DNA of 64,000 nt from Anaeroplasmataceae bacterium (GTDB taxonomy: Bacteria > Bacillota_I > Bacilli_A > Acholeplasmatales > Anaeroplasmataceae). This document shows, piece after piece, positions 1 through 8,343 of this stretch. The notes under the pieces are model-generated. The model saw only the letters and a list, made by a program, of their open reading frames with translations, was not told the DNA's origin and ran no database searches. Position 1 is the stretch's first letter. Every line of letters begins with the position of its first letter. Location: positions 1,428 to 65,427 of the forward strand of contig JBGVRA010000062.1 in assembly GCA_045127955.1 (NCBI GenBank), given 5' to 3'. Position numbers and translations under genes: made by a program.

Positions 1-1
1 T

Positions 2-331
2 TATAATTCTATGAAAGAAAAATACGGTGATAAGCGAATAATTGTCATTTTTGAACCTCATACTATTAGTAGATTAGAGGCTTATTTAGATAAGTTTAAA
101 GAGGTGTTATCTTTATTTAATGAGTGTTATTTGTATTCTTTATTTAGTAGTATTAGAGAATATAGTTTATTATCTAAAGAAGAGGAGTTATATAATTATT
201 TAGGCTTTAAAAGGGTTGATGAAGATGTTTTAGAATATATATTTAAAAAAGATAATATTGTTGTTTGTTTTTTAGGGGCTGGAAAAATCGATAAATTATA
301 TGAAAAATATAAATTTAAAATATTAAAATAA
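2..331 (+). CDS. Mur ligase family protein, C-terminal fragment (5' end lies outside the window)
   Basis: The reading frame is open from the window edge. 'IIVIFEPHTISR' resembles the MurC/Mpl 'FQPHRYSR' C-domain motif. TAA stop at 329-331. Confidence 0.5.
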   Translation, partial: YNSMKEKYGDKRIIVIFEPHTISRLEAYLDKFKEVLSLFNECYLYSLFSSIREYSLLSKEEELYNYLGFKRVDEDVLEYIFKKDNIVVCFLGAGKIDKLYEKYKFKILK

Positions 332-374
332 TATTTTATATATAATTATTGCAAAAGTATGTAAAATCTTGTAT

Positions 375-394
375 AACGTTTTCATGAAAACGAT
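375..394. promoter_or_regulatory. cre-like / LacI-type palindromic operator upstream of ccpA
   Basis: 'AACGTTTTCA|TGAAAACGAT' has 9/10 symmetric half-sites. The TGAAAACG core matches the cre consensus TGWAANCG. It abuts the -35 box. Confidence 0.45.
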
Positions 395-422
395 TGAAAG
401 TTGATTTTTTTTGTGATATAAT
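394..422 (+). promoter_or_regulatory. sigma-A type promoter of ccpA
   Basis: TTGAAA (394-399), 17-nt spacer, TG-extended TATAAT (414-415 and 417-422). Confidence 0.6.
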
Positions 423-447
423 GTATAAAGAATGCGAGGCGATTTTG

Positions 448-1449
448 ATGGCTAACACAACAATTTATGATGTTGCTGGTGCTGCAAAGGTATCTTTAGC
501 AACTGTAAGTAGAGTAATGAATAATCCTGAAAAGGTTAATCCTGAAACTAGGGAAAAAGTATTAAGAGTTATAAAAGAACTTGGATATCGTCCTAATGCA
601 ATAGCTAGAGGACTTGCAAGTCGTAAGACTACAACTGTAGGTATTGTTATGGCGGATGTTTCAAGAGCTTCTACTGCTCAATTATTAGGTGGTATTATTG
701 ATATCGCTAAAAAATATGAATATTCAATTAAGATTTTTACAATCGGTGAAAATGAAGATATCCAAGATGCAATGAGAATTGTTGCTGCTGAACAAGTTGA
801 TGGTATTTTATTCTTAAATGATGAATTAGATGCTGCTAGAATGAAAGAAGCAATGGACTGTATCAAAGAAGCTCAAATTCCTGTTGTTTTATCTAATGTT
901 ATTTATGAGGAAGAAGATATTCCTTCTGTAGCTATTGATTACGAAACTGCAACTTATGAAATTACTAAACGTATGATGGCTAGTGGTAGAAAAGATATTT
1001 ATATGTTCTCTACTGTTCGTCGTTATTCTATTAATAATAAGAAGGTTGCTGGATATGTTAATGCTATGACAGAGGCTGGTTTAGAACCTAAGATTTTAAG
1101 AACTAGCGGTGATGTTTCTATTAATAGACTTCATTTTGAAGAGTTTATTAAAAATAACAATGTAGATGGTGTTTTAGCTGTTCGTGATAGTATTGCTATT
1201 AGTTTTATGAATGTTGCTATTGCTCATAATAAAAAAGTTCCAGAGGAACTTGGAATTGTAGGTTTACAAAATACTAAATATGCGATTTTGGCTAGACCTA
1301 ATTTAACTTGTGTTGATACACCGGTTTATGATATTGGTGCTGTTTCAATGAGATTGTTAACAAAATATATGAAACAAGAAGAAGTTAAGGATAATAAGAT
1401 TTTATTACCTTATCGTATTATTGAAAGAGGATCTACTACAAAAGAATAA
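448..1449 (+). CDS. ccpA: LacI-family catabolite control protein A-like regulator
   Basis: N-terminal HTH 'TIYDVAGAAKVSLATVSRVMNN' and the CcpA-like 'RPNAIARGLASRKTTTVGIVMADVS'. Start moved from the track's 394 to ATG 448, which has GAGG 8 nt upstream; the promoter occupies 394-422. Confidence 0.8.
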   Translation: MANTTIYDVAGAAKVSLATVSRVMNNPEKVNPETREKVLRVIKELGYRPNAIARGLASRKTTTVGIVMADVSRASTAQLLGGIIDIAKKYEYSIKIFTIGENEDIQDAMRIVAAEQVDGILFLNDELDAARMKEAMDCIKEAQIPVVLSNVIYEEEDIPSVAIDYETATYEITKRMMASGRKDIYMFSTVRRYSINNKKVAGYVNAMTEAGLEPKILRTSGDVSINRLHFEEFIKNNNVDGVLAVRDSIAISFMNVAIAHNKKVPEELGIVGLQNTKYAILARPNLTCVDTPVYDIGAVSMRLLTKYMKQEEVKDNKILLPYRIIERGSTTKE

Positions 1450-1487
1450 TTTCTATGATTAAAGAAAAGTAGAAATAAGATTGTTGA

Positions 1488-1640
1488 TTTTAGAGAGTCT
1501 ATGGTTGGTGTAAATAGATATAACGCTTATTTTGAATTACACTTTAGGAGAAATGTTTGTTATTGAGGGCTGTATTTTTATACAGAACTAAGGTGGTACC
1601 GCGCTTATTTAGCGTCCTTAGATTTAAGGGCGCTTTTTAT
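1488..1640 (+). promoter_or_regulatory. T-box leader (tyrosine specifier) controlling tyrS
   Basis: AGAGAG at 1492-1497. Specifier-loop GAAT-TAC-A with UAC at 1538-1540. Conserved T-box 'AACTAAGGTGGTACCGCG' at 1586-1603. Terminator AGCGTCCTT/AAGGGCGCT plus T-run at 1611-1640. Confidence 0.9.
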
Positions 1641-1667
1641 ATTATTTAAAAAAAGAAAAGGAGATTA

Positions 1668-2894
1668 TTGAAAATGGGTATTTATGAAGAATTAGAATGG
1701 AGAGGGTTAGTAAAGGATGTATCTGACCCATCACTTAAAGAAAAATTAAATAAAGGAGGAATGACTTTCTATATTGGTACTGACCCAACAGGGGATAGTT
1801 TACATATTGGACATTTTTCTAGTTTTTTAATTTGTAAAAGATTAAAAGAAGCAGGACATCATCCTATCGTATTAGTTGGTGGTGCAACAGGTCTTATTGG
1901 GGATCCAAAACCTGATAGTGAACGTCCAATGATCACTAAGGAAACTGTTGATCATAATTTTGAGTGTTTAAAGAATCAATTAACTAAGTTATTTGGTTGT
2001 GAAGTTGTTAATAACTATGATTGGAGTAAAGACATTAACTTCATTGATTTTTTAAGAGATTTTGGTAAATATTTTAATGTTAATTATATGTTACAAAAAG
2101 ATATTATTGCTAGACGTTTAGATGCTGGTATTACATATACTGAGTTTTCTTATATGATTATGCAAGCTCTTGATTTCTGGTATTTAAATAAACATAAGAA
2201 TGTTACTTTACAAGTAGCTGGACAAGACCAATGGGGTAATATTACTGCTGGTATTGAATTATGTCGTAAGAAAGACCAAAAAGAAGTATATGGTTTTACT
2301 ATGCCTTTATTAACTAAGAGTGATGGTTCTAAGTTTGGTAAGACTAATGGTAAGGCTATATGGTTAGATATTAATAAAACTTCTGCATATGAAATGTATC
2401 AATTCTTTATTAATTCTGAAGATAGTAAAGTTATTGATTACTTAAAATTCTTAACATTCTTATCTAAAGAAGAAATTGAAGCATTAGAAGTTAAACATAA
2501 TGAAGCTCCTCATTTAAGAGAAGCTCATAAAGCTTTAGCTCATGAAGTTATTACATTCTTACATACTGAAGAAGATTACGAACAAGCGTTGAGAATATCT
2601 GAGGCGTTATTCTCTGGTGATATTAAGAAATTAACAGCTAAAGAAATTGAAATGGGATTTAATGATTTACCATGTACTGAAGGTCATAATTCTACTTTAG
2701 TTGATGGCTTGATTGAGGTTGGTTTAGCATCTTCTAAAAGAGAAGCTAGAGAATTTATTAGAAATGGTGCAGTAACATTAAATGGTGAAAAGGTTACTGA
2801 TGAAGCATTTGTTTTAAGTAGTGAGGCTGCGATTGAAGGCAAGTTTATTGTTTTACGTAGAGGTAAAAAGAAATACGCTTTAATTAAATTTTAA
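1668..2894 (+). CDS. tyrS: tyrosine--tRNA ligase
   Basis: Class I 'HIGH' (SLHIGHF) and 'KFGKT' motifs with a C-terminal S4-like domain. A Tyr T-box lies upstream. The start is either TTG 1668 or ATG 1674. Confidence 0.95.
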   Translation: MKMGIYEELEWRGLVKDVSDPSLKEKLNKGGMTFYIGTDPTGDSLHIGHFSSFLICKRLKEAGHHPIVLVGGATGLIGDPKPDSERPMITKETVDHNFECLKNQLTKLFGCEVVNNYDWSKDINFIDFLRDFGKYFNVNYMLQKDIIARRLDAGITYTEFSYMIMQALDFWYLNKHKNVTLQVAGQDQWGNITAGIELCRKKDQKEVYGFTMPLLTKSDGSKFGKTNGKAIWLDINKTSAYEMYQFFINSEDSKVIDYLKFLTFLSKEEIEALEVKHNEAPHLREAHKALAHEVITFLHTEEDYEQALRISEALFSGDIKKLTAKEIEMGFNDLPCTEGHNSTLVDGLIEVGLASSKREAREFIRNGAVTLNGEKVTDEAFVLSSEAAIEGKFIVLRRGKKKYALIKF

Positions 2895-2905
2895 TTAGTA
2901 AACGG

Positions 2906-2940
2906 AAAAAGGCTCATCATCACGACGAGCCTTTTCCTTA
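2906..2940 (+). terminator. rho-independent terminator after tyrS
   Basis: AAAGGCTC ... GAGCCTTT hairpin followed by TTTCCTT. Confidence 0.6.
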
Positions 2941-3099
2941 TGTTTTTTGGGAGAGATTATTTGAAAAGTTATATTTTCTAAAACTATAATAACACTTATG
3001 AAAGCGCTTGTCAAGACTATTTTTGAATAAAAAAATGTTATAATTGTAAAAAAATAATAAATATGTTAGAATGTATTATGAGTTTTAGAGGTGATAATT

Positions 3100-3504
3100 A
3101 TGGGTCGTAAAGAGACTATCATGGAGATGAGAGTTAATAGATTGCTTAAGGGGAAGAAACCTTGTTATGTATATTTAAGACAAAATATTGGCCAAATATA
3201 TGAAGGTGGACAAAGTGATTTTATTATGTCTATTACTAATAATTTTATCCATTTCCAAAAATTATCTTTCTTTTTAAGAAGATATAAACCAGAGAAAGAT
3301 TTAAAAGTAGATAGAAAAAGTATAAAAAGTTACACCCATTATAATATGAATATTGCTACTATGACTTTAATTTTGTATACTTATGATAAGAAATATATTC
3401 AAATATTTTATAATACTGGTATTGCTGATACTGCTGAAACTGAAAATAATATTTTAGGTATTATTAATATGTTGAAAGAACAAGGAGTTAAAGAACATAA
3501 ATGA
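3100..3504 (+). CDS. hypothetical protein (possibly PH-like fold)
   Basis: ORF with AGAGGTG 6 nt upstream of ATG 3100. Its stop overlaps the next start (ATGA). Confidence 0.6.
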   Translation: MGRKETIMEMRVNRLLKGKKPCYVYLRQNIGQIYEGGQSDFIMSITNNFIHFQKLSFFLRRYKPEKDLKVDRKSIKSYTHYNMNIATMTLILYTYDKKYIQIFYNTGIADTAETENNILGIINMLKEQGVKEHK

Positions 3505-3644
3505 AAGATTTAACTACTAAGGAAAAAGAATTAATAAAAAAATTTGAACAAAAGAAAAAAAGTCCTAAAAAAACATTTACAGAACGTAAAGAAATGTATT
3601 TAAAACAAACAGATAGAAATTATAAGGATGGGGATCGAAATTGA
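3501..3644 (+). CDS. 47-aa lysine-rich micro-protein (not in the ORF track)
   Basis: Sequence is MKDLTTKEKELIKKFEQKKKSPKKTFTERKEMYLKQTDRNYKDGDRN. ATGA overlap with the upstream stop and TTGA overlap with the cvfB start suggest translational coupling. Confidence 0.4.
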   Translation: MKDLTTKEKELIKKFEQKKKSPKKTFTERKEMYLKQTDRNYKDGDRN

Positions 3645-4486
3645 TAGAGATTGGTAAAATAAACAATTTAAAGGTTTTAAGAAAATCAGATTTAGGGTAT
3701 ATGCTTACTTCTAATGATGAAGAAGTGTTGATGCATTTTAAACAAGCAAGTAGAGAACTTAATAACGGTGAAGAGGTTAGTGTTTATATTTATACAGATA
3801 AAGAAAATAGAAAAACAGCAACGATGCAAGAACCTGTTTTATTAATTGATAAGCCTAATTTTGCAAGTGTTGTTCAAGTTATTCCGGGGATTGGTGTTTT
3901 TGTTAATAATAATACACCTAAAGATTTATTTGTGTCAAAAGATTATTTACCTTATGATAGTAATTTATGGCCTTTAGTTGATGATTTAATTTTTGTAGAA
4001 GCTAAGGTTAAGAAAAATGCATTAGTTGCTAAACCTGTCAATAGATTTGATGTTATTGCTTTAAGTAATAATGTTAGGTATGCTGAAGGTGAAAAGAAGG
4101 ATGCATATGTTTTAAGAATTGCTGAAAAGGGTATTGGTTTAATAACTAAAGATTTGGTTTATGTTTTTGTGCCTAAACATCAATTAAGAAGAAATTATCG
4201 TTTAGGAGAAGAAGTATCTGTTACGATAACTAAGATGGTAGATAAAGAGGCATATGGTACTTTAAATGAACATAAAGAAATACTAATGGATACTGATAAA
4301 GAAATTATTTTAGATTATTTAAATAAACACCATGGTGTTATGAAGCTTACTGCTAAGAGTTCTTCTGAAGAAGTAGAAAAGGTATTTGGCATTTCTAGAA
4401 AGGCTTTTAAAAGGGCGTATGGAGCTTTATATAAAGAAGAATTAATAAGTTTTGATGATGAAAAGACTTATTTAATTAAGAAATAA
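3641..4486 (+). CDS. cvfB: S1-like RNA-binding protein CvfB/YitL family
   Basis: The C-terminus 'SSSEEVEKVFGISRKAFKRAYGALYKEELISFDDEKTYLIKK' closely parallels the CvfB winged-helix tail. S1-like repeats lie upstream. Confidence 0.8.
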   Translation: MIEIGKINNLKVLRKSDLGYMLTSNDEEVLMHFKQASRELNNGEEVSVYIYTDKENRKTATMQEPVLLIDKPNFASVVQVIPGIGVFVNNNTPKDLFVSKDYLPYDSNLWPLVDDLIFVEAKVKKNALVAKPVNRFDVIALSNNVRYAEGEKKDAYVLRIAEKGIGLITKDLVYVFVPKHQLRRNYRLGEEVSVTITKMVDKEAYGTLNEHKEILMDTDKEIILDYLNKHHGVMKLTAKSSSEEVEKVFGISRKAFKRAYGALYKEELISFDDEKTYLIKK

Positions 4487-4588
4487 TGAAGATGCTTATT
4501 TGCATCTTTTTTATTTTTTAAAATTTTTATGAATTCTATTGAATTTTTTAAAATTTGTGAGTATAATAATATTAAAGGAGGTTTTCTA

Positions 4589-4966
4589 ATGTTAGAATTT
4601 TTTGAATATGATGATAATGCAGGATCTGCTAGTATTTACGATAGTCATATTACATTTAATAAAGCTCTATTAAGATATTTTAAAGATGCATATCGTGTTA
4701 GACTTGCTGTTGATAGAGTTAATAAAGATGTGTATATATATGTTGTAAATAAAGATTATGCATTAAGTGGAGAGTTAAAAGAATCTTCTTTATTAAATGT
4801 TTCTATTTCAAAAACATACGCTAGAGTTTGTTCTAGACCTGCAGTTGAATATATTTGTAGTGTGTTTGGATTAGAAATAGAAAAAAAGGAGTTTAAACGC
4901 TTCAAAGCTCGTTATGATGATGAGAAAAAGGTTATAGTTATTGATATGAAGGGAGATGGACAGTAG
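4589..4966 (+). CDS. hypothetical protein
   Basis: AAAGGAGG lies 7 nt upstream of ATG 4589, so the track's N-terminal extension from 4529 is unlikely. 1-nt overlap with the NfeD start. Confidence 0.6.
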   Translation: MLEFFEYDDNAGSASIYDSHITFNKALLRYFKDAYRVRLAVDRVNKDVYIYVVNKDYALSGELKESSLLNVSISKTYARVCSRPAVEYICSVFGLEIEKKEFKRFKARYDDEKKVIVIDMKGDGQ

Positions 4967-5409
4967 TGGAAAACTATATGGTCTGGGTATGGTTAGGAGT
5001 TTTCTTATTTACTATACTTATTGAAGCTTTGTCACAAGATTTGATTGCGATATGGTTTTCTTTAGGTTCACTTATTTCTTTGGTACTTTCAGCTGTACCT
5101 AATTTAGCATGGTACATTGAATTAATAGTATTTGCTTTAGTTTCTTTATTTGTAATGTTCTTAACTAGACCCTTTGCTAAGAGATTATTGTTAAATGCTA
5201 CAAGGTATACTAATATTGATGAATACGTTGGAAAAAGAGTAAGTGTAATTAAAGAAATCTCTAAATACGAAAACGGAGAAATTAAAATTAATGGTATTAT
5301 TTACCAAGCTTGCTTATTGGAAGAAGAATATGATCCAATCAAAGCAAATGAGATTGTAGAAATCGTTACTTTTAAGGGTAATAAAGTTATTGTTAGAAGA
5401 TTAGGTTAG
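4966..5409 (+). CDS. NfeD-family membrane protein (SPFH partner)
   Basis: Three N-terminal TM helices plus a C-terminal OB-like 'GKRVSVIKEI...GEIKINGIIYQA...VEIVTFKGNKVIV'. It sits immediately upstream of the stomatin gene. Confidence 0.8.
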   Translation: MENYMVWVWLGVFLFTILIEALSQDLIAIWFSLGSLISLVLSAVPNLAWYIELIVFALVSLFVMFLTRPFAKRLLLNATRYTNIDEYVGKRVSVIKEISKYENGEIKINGIIYQACLLEEEYDPIKANEIVEIVTFKGNKVIVRRLG

Positions 5410-5421
5410 GAGGATATATTT

Positions 5422-6357
5422 ATGAACCCTGGTGTTGTTGTTGCTGTTGTATTAAGCGTTATTGCTTTAGCTATTGTTTTATTATTAATTACAAGAATTA
5501 AAATTGTACGTCAAACTCAAAAAATTATTGTTGAAAGATTAGGTGCTTATCATGCTACTTGGAGCGTTGGTTTCCATTTCTTATTTCCTTTTATTGATAG
5601 AATTGCTAAAAATGTATCAATGAAGGAACAAGTTAATGATTTTGCTCCACAACCAGTTATCACAAAAGATAATGTAACAATGCAAATTGATACTATTGTC
5701 TTTTTCCAAATTACAGACCCTAAGTTATATTCTTATGGTGTTGAAAATCCTGATGCTGCGTTAGAAAGTTTAACTTCTACTACATTACGTAATATCATTG
5801 GTGAATTAGACTTAGATGAAACATTAACATCACGTGATTTAATTAATACTAAGATGCGTTCAATCTTAGATGAAGCTACAGACCCTTGGGGAATCAAGGT
5901 TAATCGTGTTGAAGTAAAGAATATTTTACCACCAAAAGATATTAGAGATGCGATGGAACGTCAAATGCGTGCTGAACGTGAAAGACGTGAAAAAATCTTA
6001 TTAGCTGAGGGTGAAAAGAAGAGTGCTATTTTACTTGCTGAAGGTGAAAAAGAATCTCAAATTTTAAGAGCTGAAGCTGATAAACAAGCTATGATTCGTA
6101 AGGCTGAAGGTGAAGCTGAGTCTATCTTAAAGGTTAAAACTGCTGAAGCAGAAGGTACAAGATTAACTCGTCAAGCTCAAGCTGATGGTTATAAGATGTT
6201 AGTAGAAGCAGGATTAACTAAAGAAGTATTAGCTATTAAGTCATTTGAATCTTTAGAAAAAGTTGCAGATGGTCAAGCAACAAAGATTATTGTTCCATCT
6301 GATATGCAAAATTTAGCTGCTACTGTAAGTAGTATTGCAGAAGTTGCTAAAAAATAA
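5422..6357 (+). CDS. SPFH/band-7 stomatin-like protein
   Basis: N-terminal TM, an SPFH core ('ERLGAYHATW...VITKDNV...IDTIVFFQI'), and a coiled 'AEGEK' repeat tail. Confidence 0.9.
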   Translation: MNPGVVVAVVLSVIALAIVLLLITRIKIVRQTQKIIVERLGAYHATWSVGFHFLFPFIDRIAKNVSMKEQVNDFAPQPVITKDNVTMQIDTIVFFQITDPKLYSYGVENPDAALESLTSTTLRNIIGELDLDETLTSRDLINTKMRSILDEATDPWGIKVNRVEVKNILPPKDIRDAMERQMRAERERREKILLAEGEKKSAILLAEGEKESQILRAEADKQAMIRKAEGEAESILKVKTAEAEGTRLTRQAQADGYKMLVEAGLTKEVLAIKSFESLEKVADGQATKIIVPSDMQNLAATVSSIAEVAKK

Positions 6358-6377
6358 AAAAGTATAATATTAGATAG

Positions 6378-6407
6378 AGACTATGTGAAAAAGCATAGTC
6401 TTTTTTT
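6378..6407 (+). terminator. rho-independent terminator after the SPFH gene
   Basis: AGACTATG-loop-CATAGTCT followed by T7. Confidence 0.75.
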
Positions 6408-6455
6408 GACGAAAAAGTGTCGAACGATTTTTAAAATATGTATGTTTATTGGTAA

Positions 6456-7006
6456 ATCGAAGGATATAAGTTTGATAAGAAAGGTAATATTACCTTAAGA
6501 AAAGAATAAAATTATAGTTTAGATATTAGTCTATTAAATCCAAATAAAATAGATAAATTCACATATGGATTAAAAAATGAATTATTAAAATATACTGATG
6601 AAGAATGTGTATATTATAGTATGGGAAGACCTACTACATATAGAGGTATGACAACGAGTTGGAATAGTGATGGAACACTAGCTAATATGGGAGGAAAATA
6701 TTCATATAATAGAAGAACCTTTGATGGAATGATTTAATTGAAGAAGGAACTCATCTATATCTTGTTAGTAATACTATTACAGATGGCAATAAGATATTAG
6801 TAGATAATGGATTAACATTTATGTATATTCTTGATAAGTTAGTAGGATTTATGTATAATGAAAATAGATACTACTATCAAAGAAATATATTAGGAGATAT
6901 CACACATATATATAGTGAAGATGGAGTATTAGTAGCTAAATATGTATATGATGCGATATTTGGAAATCCTGATTATGATAAATGGATTGTGTTTGACAAA
7001 AATTGA
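6456..7006 (+). pseudogene. decayed RHS/YD-repeat core remnant
   Basis: YD-type repeats ('YKFDKKGNITL', 'GRPTTYRGMTTSWNSDGTLA', 'YYYQRNILGDITHIYSEDGVLVAKYVYDAIFGN') parallel residues ~1560-1670 of the intact RHS at 44526. In-frame TAA at 6507-6509, a frameshift near 6730, and an end before the DPxG motif. Confidence 0.75.
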
Positions 7007-7144
7007 TTTCTAAATTGGTAAATCATAATTTTGTAATAAAAAAATACCGAATAAAACCAAAAAGTAATATTAATGTTTGATATAATATTAAAATTCAAAA
7101 GAGTATATTATAACAGGAAGTTTTTACGTTCAGGAGATATTAGT

Positions 7145-7330
7145 ATGAAAAAGTTTATACAAAGCTTATTAGAATATTGTATGGAAGTGCTTTTACTATT
7201 GCTAGGGGAATGTGCATTTTCAAATGGTAATGTAGATGAAAGTGATATAAAATTTATTATTATATTAGCGATAGTTTTAGGTATTATATATATTATCATA
7301 GAATTGATTAAGTATAGTAAACAAAAATAA
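7145..7330 (+). CDS. small two-TM membrane protein
   Basis: AGGAGA 7 nt upstream of ATG 7145. Two hydrophobic helices. Confidence 0.45.
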   Translation: MKKFIQSLLEYCMEVLLLLLGECAFSNGNVDESDIKFIIILAIVLGIIYIIIELIKYSKQK

Positions 7331-7576
7331 TTATATATTAAAATTCAATATGCTAAAAAGCTAAATTTTATATAAGTGTTAAAAGTGGTTCTAAAAAAAT
7401 ATAAAATGATAATTATTAATCCCAACATTATATGATGCTAATAAATTAAATATATATAAAAAAATAATGGGAAATATGGCTATTTTCCAGCAGGGATATT
7501 ATCTATTATGACAGAGGCAACTTGTAATTTTTTTTCATTGATATTAGATTTATTAGATGAATTAAAGGAGGCATAA

Positions 7577-7990
7577 ATGGTGAAGAAACATGTTAGATTT
7601 TTTATTAATTGCATAGAGTGTATTGGTATAACATTAACATTTTCAGCAATTTTTTTGCCGTTAATAATCTATTTTTTATTTAATGATATATTATTTTGTT
7701 TTGTATTAATATTGCTGTTAATTTATCCATTAGTGGTGGGAATAGAAAAGAATATATATTATTTATCTTACTATGTATCTTTTGATGATGAACAAATTAT
7801 CTTCTATCATAGAAATAAAGTTATAAAGATATATAGTAAATATGAGATAAGTTATATTATTAAATGTATTGATAAAAGAACTAAAATTTTTTCCATTTGC
7901 ACATATGATGGAGATGCAGAAATTATAGGATATACAAAAAAAATTGAGAACGAATTGAGAAAAATAAAGAATATTACTAATCAGATATAA
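7577..7990 (+). CDS. membrane protein (2 TM plus small C-terminal beta-rich domain), candidate orphan immunity protein
   Basis: AAAGGAGG upstream of ATG 7577. Same architecture as 51394-51855. Confidence 0.6.
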   Translation: MVKKHVRFFINCIECIGITLTFSAIFLPLIIYFLFNDILFCFVLILLLIYPLVVGIEKNIYYLSYYVSFDDEQIIFYHRNKVIKIYSKYEISYIIKCIDKRTKIFSICTYDGDAEIIGYTKKIENELRKIKNITNQI

Positions 7991-8148
7991 ATTGTAATGG
8001 CATAAAAGATGTTGACAAATACTTGTGCTCAATTACATGTTCAAGAGACAAGTTTGCCATTTATAATTCACTTTTAAAATATAAATCAAACGGGTATAGA
8101 TATATTATAACTCGAGTTTTACAGTTGTTATGCTACAAAAGCCTGTAA

Positions 8149-8343
8149 ATGTCAACATTAAAATACCATTTATAACATCATCCATATGGTAGATATGGGA
8201 GTAAAATAAAGATATATGTTCCTATTCAAATTTCAGAACATAAATTGATTCATAAACAATTTGGTTATGGACGTGGTTCAGGTGGATTTAATCAATATTA
8301 TAAATTTAATAATATATGGGAGTGGTTAAGAAGTGTGGTTTAA
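8149..8343 (+). pseudogene. possible HNH/beta-beta-alpha-Me nuclease toxin C-terminal remnant
   Basis: 'MSTLKYHL*HHPYGRYGSKIKIYVPIQISEHKLIHKQFGYGRG' shows an HH ... H-x3-H layout like the colicin-DNase 'LHHEKP...RHIDIH'. An in-frame TAA at 8173-8175 lies directly before HH. Confidence 0.3.

Noticed and set aside
6821-7006. The 61-aa ORF as an independent gene.
   Set aside because: It is the last in-frame piece of the decayed RHS core remnant (6456-7006), has no RBS, and its sequence is YD-repeat core.
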